The position numbers were made by a program, and so were the translations under genes. The notes under the pieces are model-generated. The model was given only the letters and a program-made list of their open reading frames with translations. It searched no databases and was not told where the DNA came from. Shown in pieces: positions 13,026 through 25,414 of a stretch of 64,000 nucleotides of DNA. The stretch is taken from contig NC_086108.1 of assembly GCF_963921235.1 (NCBI RefSeq), forward strand, positions 23,808,001-23,872,000, read 5' to 3'. Every line of letters starts with the position of its first letter. Position 1 is the stretch's first letter. The DNA comes from Mobula hypostoma (lineage: Eukaryota).

Positions 13026-14390
13026 TCCAGTTCCTTTTTAATTTCAGAATGAATAAAATAATATTTGTCAATTGGTTGTCCATGAGTGATTAATATTCTT
13101 GCTGCACATTTTAAAGGCATTTGTTGCCTGATCTTGGAGATGTTCAGCTCCTTTGAAACTGTGAGACACATTCACATTATCATTCTGTAGAAATCAAGCA
13201 ATTCTAAGAGATGTTAAACTTATCCAAACATTCAATCCTCCTTCACATCTTCCTCACCATCCCTACAGTCAAAATTGTTTCTTCCTTCAGCTGTATTTTA
13301 CTTTAGCAGTTGCCTCTTGTAACAAGACGACTACTTCATTAAAAGCAGTGCGAAAAAGTGCACATGAAGCATTCACACTGTTGAGTATTTAATATTCCAG
13401 TAATATTAGAGTAATATTGTTTGATTAAGCAGTCTATGTTGTTTACGTAGTTCATTACAGGTTATATGTAAAAGTATGTGAATAGCATGTGCCATTACAC
13501 CCCTACATCATAAGTGCATGCCTCGCTTAAACTTAGAGATGAGATTAGACACGTTATTCCTGGCTCCATGTTTCACTTTCAACTAGTTTTATGTTTTGGA
13601 GTTATAAAACATAACAGTGGTGATGAGGAAGTTTTAAACGAGCCTGAGACACTACCATGCCTACAGTGAGACGTTCGGGTTTTAAAAATTCGCAGCATGC
13701 TTTCTGGGGAAGAGGAGAGAAATGATCAAGTGAATAAAAACACTTCCCATCAGAAAGACTGGTGCATTCGGTGCACAACAGATAACTGGATTTTGTATAT
13801 TGAGCGAATTCAGCAGTACTTTGAAGCAAATGAAATAGCCAATGAAGAGCAAGTGCCATTTTTGCTGAGCGTATTAGTTTTAAAGGCATACAGTTTGTTT
13901 AGACGTTTAATTCCTCCAACCTATCCAACTTAAATGAGCTTTGTTGATATTGTGAAATTAATTCAGGAACCTTTAGAACTAAAATCGTTGCAGATTGCAG
14001 AAGGCATTAGGTTAGTTTCATAAATAGAATCAAAAGAAGGTGGAGTACATTTCAGCTTACATGGCTGAATTGAAGAGATTGTCCAAATATTGCCAATTCA
14101 GTGATGGGCTTAATGATACACTGAGAGATAATTTTCTTTCTGGACTCTTGCAAGAAAACATTCAAAAATTACTCCTAACTGAAGCATAACACATTTAAAA
14201 GAGAGGTGAAATCGCTATATCAACAGAAACAGCAACCAGAGATGCAATTGAATTGTAGTCAGGAACGAAACTCAGCATGAACAAAATTGCAACATTAAAC
14301 AGAAACCGGCCTGGCCAAACAAATTCTGTTACTGTTGTGGCAGGGGCTCATATACACCAGACTAATGCAGGTTTAAAGGCAAACTTCGTA

Positions 14391-15096
14391 TGTAACGCTC
14401 TGGTTAAAACTTTTACTGCTATACTGTAGGTATTTCATTTTAGCAGTTCTGTACGAGCAGTCTGCTCTGCTTTTAGCATGTTTGAGTTTGAGCTGAGATA
14501 AGGGGCTTTATGTTTAACTTTGGAATGTGGTGTCAGCCAATCAAGATAGTGGAATTGGGAGAAGGTTCTAGAGAATGCTAGGTGGAAAGTTTTTGTGAAG
14601 AACACTGGTATGGGTTGAGGTCTTTGTCGGAGCTGGGAGCTGAGGATGCCATTGCTGTTGCACAACATGCTTTGTGGAGATGAATGGCTTCAAGGAGGGA
14701 GGATTAATGCTCCAATGGGAGAGCCCATTTGTTCAAGATGGATTTTGAGCAACATTCTGAAGGACCAGTGTATACATTGAAAACAATGGCTTCTGGAAGA
14801 TTTGAGCTCCACCGTGCATGTGTGACTGTTTAAGTATAATGGGCCCTTTTTGTTTTTTTCTTTCTTTCATTTAATAACTGTTTGTTTAAGTTAACATTCT
14901 TAAATACACATACTTGTTTATAATTGTATGCAGTATACGACCTGTTATTCCTTGCCAATGGGTGATTGCCGGGGGCAGTACATCACACAGCATTCACACA
15001 GACCGGGTTTGGGTGGGCGAGACATCCCAACCTCACAGATTTGGTGGGACCAAAATTGTATACGCCCTAGACATAGGAAGCTTAAAAAGGGTCTGA
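14391..15096 (+). mobile_element. Solo LTR inserted into the gag zinc knuckle of the Mag-like element
   Basis: Starts TGTAAC; interrupts FKG...RK.NKVG; flanked by CGTA/TGTA near-TSD; right end reads GA rather than CA. Confidence 0.65.
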
Positions 15097-16499
15097 TGTA
15101 GAAAATACAACAAAGTAGGACAAGCAAAGAACGTGTCAGGCAGACAAAAAAACAAATGGACTGCATAACGTAAAAGAAAAAGATAAACACCCAGTGGCAG
15201 TTCGAAAAAGAGCACCAGATCTACGTTCTATTGATGAACACTCTGACAATGATGAGAATGATATTGGACTGAGTAGCCTTGAGATTGACAATGTGAAAAT
15301 GGAATTGGACACTGTCTTGGATGTTCATATCATTTCACAAAATTGATTGAATGGCATTTCAGAGATACTGAAGCCTGTAGGTTTCCAACTAAAAGCCTTT
15401 ATATTAGAGAAAAGTTGACTCCTGTGGCAATGATATTTGTAACCGTGAAATACAACACCAACAAGCCACATTGAGATTGGTCTTGTATGTGATAAAAACA
15501 GAAGGACCAGCATTGAGGGGCTGTGAATGGCTGAGACAACTACAACTTGATTTGTGATCCATCCAGCATTTGCATATCATATCCCCTGTAATAGAGTCAG
15601 CTGAAAGCGAATTAATGGATGATGCTACAGCAGTGTTCAAGAATGGCACTGGAAAACTCAGACATATCAAAGGTAAAATAGTGTTAAATGAAAATGCTAC
15701 ACCCAAGTTATGGGAAGCCCAACCAGTTCCTTATACCATCTGTGATAAAATAGCCAGTGAGCTAGATTGAATGGAATGTGAAGGAGTTGTTTCCGAGTTT
15801 GATTGGGTAATGCCAGTTGTCCCAGTAGTGAAGAAGAATGGATCTGTCAATATTTGTGGTGATTTTAAGGTCACTATCGAACCAGTACTGAAAGTAGAAC
15901 AATACCCTCTGTCCAGGATGGAGAATATCTTTGTAAACCTTTCTGGTGGAAAACACTTCAAAGTGATGTAGCTGAGGCATATTTACAGATAATGATGAAA
16001 GAAGAGTTCAAAGTGTTTCTCACCATTAACACTCAGGGCTTTTTTGCTATAATAGGCTAATGTCTGGAGTAGCATTGCACTTGCACTCTGGCAGAAAGCT
16101 GTGGACCAGTTTCTGCAAGACTGTCCAGGCACTCACTGTTACCTGGATGGCACAATTGCTACCCATAACAATGAGAAAGAACATCTTGAAAATCTCAAGA
16201 CAGCTAAAAAGATCATGGGTAGAGCATGATGCAACAAATATGAATTCTTTAAACCAAGCATCACTTACTATGGTCACACTATTGACGCACAAGGATTACA
16301 CGTGTGCTGAAAAAAGGCTGTGTCTTAGTTATTGCCCTTTTTAGGATTTTGTTAGTTACTATAATAGTTTCCTGCCAAACCTAGATACTGAGATTCACCC
16401 CTTGAACTCATTTCTACAGATCGGGGAGAAATGGCAATGGTCAAAGCAGTGTGATGTGGCTTTCCAAAAGGTAAAGGAAATGGTGACATCAGACACTGT

Positions 16500-17167
16500 T
16501 GAAAGCTGCAGATCTGTTCCACTGATTTACTGGCGGATAGAGGGGCAAACGGCGGGGGGGGGGGCAGTGTGGGCTCTGTTGTAGAGAAGACTTGGCTCCA
16601 AGCCGCGGTGTCACCTACTTACAGCCACCAGCAAAGAGGCATCAAAGTCGATGCACTTCACCGGGGCTGGTGTGGTGGAACGTTCAGGTGCTGCCCCCCA
16701 CTCCCAGGCCCCCAGTATTCACTTGGCAGGATCCAAGCTGCATTGCGGTTGACTGCAGATTTCTGTGGCATTCATGGTCTCGGCATCAAGCCACGGTGTC
16801 GCCTATTTGCCGCCACAGGAGAGAGGTGATGGAGCCTGTACACTCGACCTGGGACGGTGTGGTACAGCTTCCAGGCTCTAGTCAGTGCTGACCCCAGTGC
16901 TCCCTTGGCAGAAGACAAGCTACATTGTGGTCGACTGCAGATTTCTGCAGCATACATGGACTCAGGATCTGGACTATGTTTTTTGCGTGGCTGTATTTTA
17001 CTGATATCTTCTAAGTGCTTGCTATCCTGCATATGCTAAGTTTGTATATGCTTTGTGCTGTGCGTGACTGTTGATACTGTGTTTTGCTCAGAGTATCACA
17101 GTTTCACTTGGCTGTATTTGTGGGTATTCATGTATGGTTGAATGACAATTAAATTTGAATTGGATTG
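16500..17167 (+). mobile_element. Non-autonomous SINE-like element (family D) nested in Gypsy pol
   Basis: 3' half similar to 41240-41574/42390-42800; tail GACAATTAAATTTGAATTGGATTG. Confidence 0.6.
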
Positions 17168-18109
17168 CATCTTTAGAGAAGGAGGATGTCCAGAGCTGTC
17201 AGAACCATTTCCTGCACTCCCCCAGAGTCATCTCGCATAGCCACAATGGAGGAGGCTCCAGAACCCGAGATTGTTTCACAACCACAAGTCTCACCTGCCA
17301 AGAAGAGTGTTCCTTGTCAGGAAAGTCATTATCCCACAGAGAACAGGACAATTTAAAATTTACTATACTGTGGAAATCTATATAGCAGTTGTATTCTATT
17401 ATATAGTATACTGTATGTATGTGTATATATATAAAACGAAACTAGACATGTTATTTCCGGCCCTGTGTTTTTCTTTCAATTAGTTTTTTGTTTTGGAGTT
17501 ACAAAACATAACACACACATGATTTCTGCTGCTGTAAAGCAGCATTATATCCAAAAATGAATTATGAAAAGCATATTTTACTGCAAGGTCTAAAGGCCAG
17601 TCTTGAAAATGCATATCAAACAGAATTGAAAAGTATAATTAAAAAGTCAATATGTAAGTCTAGGTCAGACCTACACTGCAACATGAACGAATACAATTTC
17701 CGCCCCAGAGACTGGGGATAACAGCAGAGCATTTATAGGCAACGCTGCAGCACTTGAATAAATATAAGTTGTCTACTGTATGGTTAACAAGATCCAATTA
17801 CTCAGAGATATTCATCCTCGTTTCTTTAATTTCACTGTGCAATTCAGTGATGCTTCCTTACACAACAAATAGTGCCACCTATTGGGGATGAATTACTGCA
17901 CAAGTCAGGTGAAGAGCAAGGAGAACATAAACTACAGCAACTTCTACCAGGAAAAGCAAGACAATTTCTCCAAAGTAGTGCAGTAAGAGGAGGATATACA
18001 CAGATAATTTATGAGTACAATATCATTTGTATTCTCGGATGATAATGTGGTCACCTAACTTGATTGGCAAGGGAATTAGCCAATCAATATTAGTCTCACC
18101 AGCAATAGT

Positions 18110-18450
18110 GTTCAACAAACAGAATGCTGGAGAAACTGAGTGGGTCAAGCTGCAGCTTTTGAGGGAAATGCGCAGTCAATTTTTGGGGTTAATGCCCCTC
18201 ATCTGGATTGAACGACAGAGAGGAGATGGCTAGTGTAGCGAAGTCAGAGGGAAAGGATGGAACCAGAGCCAGCAAGCAATGGATAAGTATCGGTGAGAGG
18301 CATTCTGGGAGATGAAGACGGAAGACTGGAAAAAACAACAGAGTCTAGGTGGCAATAGGTGGAGGCAACAAAGACTGCAGATGTTGGAATCTGACAGGAG
18401 AGGAAGATGGAGCATGGAACTAAATAAGAAATGTGGGAGGCCAGATGAGT
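18110..18450 (-). mobile_element. Penelope-like fragments, decayed
   Basis: AATGCTGGAGAAACTGAG and CTGCAGATGTTGGAATCTG motifs in a purine-rich tract. Confidence 0.55.
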
Positions 18451-18599
18451 AATAGAGTTACCCAGCCCCAGCTGAGTATCTGACTTAACTAAATAAGGGG
18501 AAGATTCTGGGTGCTCCTTCAGGTCACTGGAGCTTTTGAAGATCACCTAATTTTTAAACTGGAATTTGTAACTTAGTTTTTTCTTTAGCAATCATACTG

Positions 18600-18930
18600 T
18601 ACATGATATTCACAGGAAAAGTGCAACACTGCGATAGCAATTTATGCAAAGTAACATCCCATGCACATTGATGCACGACCTTTTCTAGTGATGTTAGGTG
18701 AGGCAGATAATGATGGCAAGTCCTGGAAGTATTACTCCTATTTTAAGTGATGCAGCTCAGCCTTTACACCCCCATGTGAGCTTGCAATGTAGGAGTGATA
18801 CCTTTGACAATTGTAGCAGCTCCTTAAACTGCAATGGAGTCAGCCAAGATTTAACTTCTAAGAAATGTTAGAATTGAGTGCTTGTTCTTTGGATTTTGAT
18901 CAGTTTGTGTTACCAACTGAGCCATGTTGA
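18600..18930 (-). mobile_element. Ancient Deu-domain SINE relic (SacSINE1/AmnSINE1-like)
   Basis: TTTTCTAGTGATGTTAGGTGAGG...GACAATTGTAGCAGCTCCTTAAACTGCAATGGAGTCAGCCAAGATTT...ACCAACTGAGCCA follows the order of the reverse-complemented Deu-SINE. Confidence 0.55.
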
Positions 18931-19058
18931 TGTATTTGGTATGAGAGTGAGTTCTTCAAAGCATCTTTATTAATATTCTATTCTTTTAGATTCTTTATTG
19001 TAGAAGTAAACTTATTCACCTGGATTTTACAGTCAAGGACAAACGGCCTTGTTGTAAC

Positions 19059-19173
19059 CTACACTGCCAAGCTTGCATGATCCTCAATTGGAGACACTGG
19101 TAGTGAGAAGTTGTGTGCAGGGTTTAGGGTGGTGGGAGGAGACGAGGCAGAATAAAACCCTCTATACGAGGTA
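19059..19173 (-). CDS. Candidate terminal coding exon of an unidentified gene (TSYRGFYSASSPPTTLNPAHNFSLPVSPIEDHASLAV*)
   Basis: Acceptor TCTTTCAG before 19173; one long open phase to TAG at 19061-19059; a CAG|GTGAAT donor also lies at 19020; no homology recognised. Confidence 0.2.
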
Positions 19174-20211
19174 CTGAAAGACATTTTAAGACCTGGTTCA
19201 ACCATGTCCCCAGCTTAATAGTGTCAAATCTTCAAAAATCCTGTTTCTTCTCATTTCTGACATTTATATGCTTCAGAAAAATGAGTAAATACTTAAAAAT
19301 CTATGAAAAAACATATAAACACACTCAGAACATTTAAAACAAAACAATCAATATTCCCAATTAATTGAAATCTACTTTGACAGGTGTCATCTGTGAACAG
19401 TGTAATTTCTCTGGTGCTATGGAGATTGCACAAACTTTAGTTCGAGACATGAGTGTGTGGATGATAGGCAGACAAAAGGAGGTGGGAGAGAAGAAAGAAA
19501 CTCAGTAAAAGGGAGCTAGAGTGAGAGGCTTTAGATGAATGCAGAAATTGTTCCTGAATTGGTTCTAATCTACCTGTTGAGGATTAATTGCTCAACGTAA
19601 ATGCCGAGGATTTCTGCAACTGTTTTATTGGGCTCCATGAGGAGACAATTGTTGGAACATATTCTCAAAAAATACCAGAAATTGGGAACAACAAGATTCG
19701 GATTTTACCAAAGGTAAAACAAGACCTGTGCCAATGTTCTTTGGGATTTTTCTTATCCAGTCCCCTTACATACCATAAGAAAGTCATTAATGATCAGCAA
19801 GATGTCAGCTGTTCTTACGTAATCTGCAGATGAAGAGTCATTAACTGATGACTGTTTCAGCAGGGAGTCCTGATTATTATTAAGTTAGAGGCTGTGCTTT
19901 GTCGAGAAGATGGACCAATTGCCTGAGCCAGGCCCATCAGGAGCTACCTTGATGCAACTGAAGCCACAATTGAAAACAATGTGCCATGATGGGGAATGCT
20001 TAATTAATTGTGGTTGGTATCTGCCAACCTCACGAGGGTTCAGACTTTGCAAAGGAAGTACATACATATTAAGTATGACTTACAAAATATCAGGGAGTAG
20101 CATAAACTTAATTGAGAACCTAATCCTGCCATGTCAGCTACATATCTACTGCTTGCATTTCACTCATTCCTACAAGAGGAGAATTTAAGAGCTGCAGGAC
20201 TCTATGCTACT

Positions 20212-20696
20212 TTAGATTAGATTAGATTAGATTATGAGGACAAGCAGTCCTCTTTTATTGTCATCTAGTAATGCATGCATTAAGAAATGATACAATATTC
20301 CTCCGGTGTGATATTACAGAAACACAAGACAGACCAAGACTGAAAAATTCACAAAAACCACATAATTATAACACATAGTTACAACAGTGCAAGCAATACC
20401 GTAACTTGATGAACAAGCCATGGGCACGGTAAAAAAAGTTCAAAGTCTCTTGAAAGTCCTACATCTCACGCAGACGGGAGAAGGAAGAAAACTCTCCCTG
20501 CCATGCCCGACCACAGTCCGACTCTGAGTCATCCGAAAACTTCGAGCCTCCGACCAGCCCTCCGACACCGAGCACCGAGCACCATCTCTGCCGAGCACTT
20601 TGACTCCAGCCCCAGCTGCCAGCAGCAGGCAAAGCTAAGGATTTAGGGCCTTCCCTCCGGAGATTCTCAATCACACAGTAGCAACGCCAGCGAACT
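20212..20696 (-). mobile_element. Non-autonomous retroelement, family C, 5'-truncated
   Basis: Highly similar to 24678-25150; (CTAAT)n tail on the minus strand. Confidence 0.8.
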
Positions 20697-20734
20697 TGTT
20701 AAGGAAGTAACTAATGCTTGCAGCCCTTCTAAGA

Positions 20735-21680
20735 GGGAAATAGCATTTCCAGGTGAGGCAGAGATTCGTTGCATTTCTTCCAGTCTTGTATTCAGTGCTC
20801 TCAATATTGTCTCCCTTACAAAGGATGGACTAGACGACCAAGTTGCTGAGCATCTATGTTTTGGCTGCAATGGCCATCATGAGCCTCCAGGTACAAGCCA
20901 TTTTAACTCCCCTCCTCATTCTCACACTGTCTTTCCTCCTCTTCCTCCTCTGCCAGCATGAGGCCAAATGCAACCTTGGGAACAACAACACATATTCCCT
21001 CGGATAGTCTACAACCCAATGGCAGGTACATTGAAATCTACGATTTCAGGTAACTTGCACCCTGCTGTTCCTTCCTCTCTCTCGTGATTTTCCTAGGTCC
21101 TCTCACACCTTTCTTTCCAAAAGGCCCAACTTTACAGTCAAGGACAAACGGCCTTGTTGTAACCTACACTGCCAAGCTTGCATGATCCTCAATTGGAGAC
21201 ACTGGTAGTGAGAAGTTGTGTGCAGGGTTTCCGAGTTCTTTTCTTCTCCATCACTTGGTTCCATCTGCCTGTCACCTACTCAAATCACTGGGTAACATCT
21301 CCTTCCCTCATTGTTGTCATCTGCCGACAATTCTTCTCAAATCTGGTCCCACTTAACACCTTTCTATTTTTATCAGATTTCATAATCTGTAGATCTTTGT
21401 TGCCTTCTCTTATCACATTCCAAACTCTAACTTTATTTCCACTACTCCCCCTCCTGCATGTTGTTCCACCTGTCATTGAACCCATTCTCACCTGGATCCA
21501 TGTATTGCTTGTGGGATCCTGCCTCACATCTTCTCCTCACTTCCTTACACTGGTAATCTCCCCACAGGGTCTTGACTTGAATTGCCAGCTGTCCCTTCTT
21601 CTCCATGGATGCTAGCTGATCTGTTAAACTCATCCAGCAGCTTACTTTTGCAGCAGATTCCAGAATCTGCAGTCTCTTAT
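20735..21680 (+). mobile_element. Decayed Penelope-like element interrupted by a 100-bp local copy
   Basis: GIY-YIG remnants (..LDDQVAEHL..SHFNSPPHSH..), pyrimidine tract, terminal motif. Confidence 0.75.
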
Positions 21681-21759
21681 CCAACTAGTGTTTCTGTTAG
21701 AGAAACTACAAAATAATTTTCACAGGTGACACCAGTACTAATTGGATACAAGCATTAGT

Positions 21760-22670
21760 CATAGATCAAGGAGTTATACAGCACAGAAATAGGCTTAGGG
21801 GTCAACTCATTCATGGTGACCATGGTGACCAAGGCGCATATCTGAGCCAGTTTCATTTGCTACAGTTCGCCCAAATCATTCTGAAAACCTTTTCATGTAT
21901 CTCTAGGAATAACTTTTAAACATTGCAACTGTACCCAGCTCTGCCACCACCTGGAAGCTCACTCCATATACTCATCAACCTTTGTGTGAAAACTCTGCCT
22001 CTAAAGTCTGCTTTTTCTCTCACCTTAAGCTTATGGCTTCTAGTTTTAGACTTCCATACCCTGGGGGAAAAGGGTGATCGATGTCACTCATGATTTTGCA
22101 AACCTCTATAAGGTCACCCTCAGCCTCACAAAAAGTCCCAGCTGATCAAGCCTCTGTTACGGTACACGCCTGACCACGCCATCCTCTGGGTTGTCGATGC
22201 TCCGATTCTCTGGAGTACGGATAGCTGGTGTGGTCGCTTTAAAGATTCTGGCCCGCTCCATTAATTGGCAGCCATGTTTTGCTGCCAAGATGGATATCAA
22301 AAGAGCACCTGAACTCAGGTTCGGTGTTTAATCGTTCAGTCTGCGTTTAAGATTTCTGTCTTGTTTGGATTCCCATCTAGTCTCATCAAGTTCTTATCTA
22401 GCAGCTAGCAAGAACCCTGTTTTCGTCTCAGTCTCAAAATCAAATCTTGATTCTAGGCTTGGATATTCCAGCTATGCTCGCCTAGGCCTCATGTCATAGT
22501 TTCTCCATGTAACGCAAGCTCTCCTGTTCCATAAACACTTTCTGCACCCTCTCTAGCTTAATCACAACCTTCCTATAGTATGGCAACCAGAAATGCTCAC
22601 AATAATCCATATAAGGTGTTACCTTTACCTTGCACAGTTGTAACAAGACGTTCCTACTCTTGCACTCTGT
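21760..22670 (-). mobile_element. Decayed CR1 3' portion with an LTR-like insert at ~22155-22500
   Basis: ORF 22494-22748 LLQLCK...DYCEHFWLPYYRK...ERVQK; insert starts TGTTACGG. Confidence 0.75.
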
Positions 22671-23104
22671 TCCAGCAGCCTGCTGCTGTGCTGTGGTTCT
22701 TACATACCTGCCTGATACGTGCACATCAAGAACAATAACAGCATACATCCACTTAAGACAGAGATTTAGATATGCTGAAGTCCTGAACTGAATTAATTAA
22801 TTAAGGTGACCTTGCAAATTAGCAGCATTAATTCCTATTGTCAATACCCGCTTTACATCGATGGCAAAGAACTACAGATGTGCCCACTGTGGTGTCTGTT
22901 TCCGGACATCTTATGTTTAACTTTCTGCACAAAGAAAGCACAGCAGGCTGGAAGGTATATCATTTTGTTTTAGATTTCAGTCCGTGATGCATTTTTGATT
23001 TCTGTACTTAGTAGATGCATTTCCCTTGGTTCATGGTTTTAAATAGCTTCCAAATAAAGCAGTAACTTTATAAGATTAAATAAAGCAGTAACAATAAAAG
23101 ATAC

Positions 23105-23540
23105 AGGAGATGCACAATCAGAAATCCTGGCACACCAACATCCAAATCATTGCAACACAAGCAAAATGCTGGAGGAACTCAGCAGGTCAGGCAGCATCTA
23201 TGGCAAAGAGTAAACGTAGTTTCCGGCCAAGACCTTCATCAGGACTGGCAAAAAAAATATGAAAAGTCAGAGTAAAGGGGGAAAGGAAGAAGAAATACAA
23301 TGTGGTAGGTGACAGGTGAAACTAGCAGAGGGGGAAGGGTGAAGTAAGAAACTGGGAATTAGATTCGTGAAGGAGATAAAAGACTGGTGAAGGGGTAATC
23401 TGATAGGAGAGGACAGTCGGCCAAGGAAGAAGGGGGGAGCACCAGAGAGAGGTGATGGGCAGGTAAGGAGATAAGGTGAGAGATGGAAATGGGATTGATG
23501 AATGATGAAGGAAGGGGTGGCAAACATTAGAAGCTCGTTG
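23105..23540 (-). mobile_element. Penelope-like 3' region
   Basis: Same architecture as the adjacent copy; hammerhead-like CTGATGA...GAAAC at 23219-23246. Confidence 0.8.
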
Positions 23541-23599
23541 CTGGGGCTCTGTCAAACACTTGAGTTCTTTCTTTATGTTTGAAACAGTTCCAGAAGTAT

Positions 23600-24436
23600 G
23601 TAGACACGAGGAAGTCTGCAGATGCTGGACATTCAAGCAGCACACACCAAATGCTGGTGGAATGCAGCAGGCCAGGCAGCATCTATAGGAACAAGCACAG
23701 TCGACGTTTCAGGCTGAGACCCTTTGTCAGGACTAAAGAAGTGATAGTAAGAGATTTGAAAGTGGGAGGGGGAGGGGGTGATCTGAAATGATAGGAGAAG
23801 ACAGGAGGGGGAGGGATAGAGCCAAGAGCTGGAAAGTTGATTGGCAAAAGGGATACAAGGCTGGAGAAGGGAGAAGATCATGGGACAGGAGGCCTAGGGA
23901 GAAAGAAAGGGGGAGGGGAGTGCCAGAGGAAGATGGAGAGCAGGCAAGGAGTAATTGAGAGAGGGACAGAGAGCGAACAAAAAGGAGGAATAAATAAATA
24001 AATAAATAAATAAGAGATGGGGTGAGAACGGGAGGAGGGGCATTAACAGAAGTTAGAGAAGTCAATGTTCATGCCATCAGATTGGAGGCTACCTAGATGG
24101 AATATAAGATGTTGTTCGTCCAACCTGAGTGTGGCTTCATCTTGACAGTAGAGGAGGCCGTGGATAGACGTATCAGAATGGGAATGGGGCGTGGAATTAA
24201 AATGTGTGGCCACTGGGAGATCCTGCTTTCTCTGGCGGACAGAGCGTAGGTGTTCAGCGAAACGGTCTCCCAGTCTGCGTCGGGTCTCGCGAATATATAG
24301 AAGGCCACATCGGGGGCACCGGATGCAGTATATCACCCCAGCTGACTCACAAGTGAAGTGTCGCCTCACCTGGAAGGTCTGTCTGGGGTCCTGAATGGTG
24401 GTGAGGGAGGAAGTGTAAGGTCATGTGTAGCACTTG
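23600..24436 (-). mobile_element. Penelope-like element, 5'-truncated, encoding a GIY-YIG endonuclease C-terminus
   Basis: ORF 24043-24369 FTCESAGVIYCIRCPRCGLLYIRETRRRLGDRFAEHL...PVATHFN...EQHLIFHLGSLQSDGMN; flanked by direct repeat TGTAGACA (23599-23606, 24437-24444). Confidence 0.92.
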
Positions 24437-24677
24437 TGTAGACATAAGATTGGGTCCTCAAATCCACCATAGTGGCACATGATCCAATGTCAGCAACGGC
24501 TTTTGCTTAAGCCAGAGCTATCCCCAGTGTTACCAATGTTAATATTCAACAGCAATGCAGATACTGTTCATTGTGTTGAGGGAACTCTTGGAGGAAGGGG
24601 TTCGCTTCACGTTTATCACCACTTTGGGTTTACAGATTAACAGAAAGCAAAGACAAAGAGATCATGCTACAATTTTT

Positions 24678-25311
24678 TTAGATTATGAAGACATGCAGTC
24701 CTCTTTTATTGTCATTTAGTAATGCATGCATTAAGAAATGATACAATATTTCCTCAGGTGTGATATCACAAAACACAGGACAGACCAAGACTGAAAAAAC
24801 TAACAAAACCACTTAATTATAACATATAGTTACAACAGTGCAACAATACCATAACTTGATGAGATCAGTCAATGAGCACAGTAAAAAGTTCAAAGTCTCT
24901 CAAATGTCCCACATCTCACGCAGACGGGAGAAGGAAGAAAAACTTTCCCTGCCATGCCCGACCACAGTACGACTCTGAGTCGTCCGAAAACTTCGAGCCA
25001 CTGATCAGCTCTTCGACACCGAGTACCGAGCACCATCTCTATCCGAACGATTCGACCTCAATCTCGGTCGCCAACAGCAGGCAAAGCCAGGGATTTTGTG
25101 GCCTTCCCTCAGGAAGATTCTTGATTGTGCAGTAACAACAGCAGCGAACCAGTGTTTCAGAAATTTCTCCAGATGTTCCTCTGTGCTTTCACGTCTGTCT
25201 CCATCAAATCAGAATTGTCCACGGCCCCTATTTAACGGATACGTTATCATTTTCACTGGAGGGCTGCGCACGCGCAGCGTGCTGCTATCTCCTCCTCCCG
25301 CCTCTCCCGCC
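24678..25311 (-). mobile_element. Non-autonomous retroelement, family C, apparently full length
   Basis: GC-rich 5' end GGCGGGAGAGGCGGGAGGAGGAGATAGCAGC; probable TSD CAATTTT; paralog at 20212. Confidence 0.8.
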
Positions 25312-25414
25312 AATTTTACAAATCACAGACTTCAGTCTGGGATCACAGAAGGAAAATGTTTGGCAAGAGATTTAGAAAAGAAGCAGGAAAATGCTTTTAA
25401 AGAAACACAAAAAT

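Larger units (their letters stand above)
13379..17513 (+). mobile_element. Decayed Gypsy (Mag-like) LTR retrotransposon with nested insertions
   Basis: 5' LTR TG...AAAACATAACA 13379-13616; PBS TGGTGATGAGGA 13618-13629; gag (DNWILYIERIQQYFEAN), zinc-knuckle remnant, RT (PVVPVVKKNGSVNICGDFKVTI..VLKVEQYPL); partial 3' LTR ending 17513; 5-bp TSD CACAC on both sides. Confidence 0.9.
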
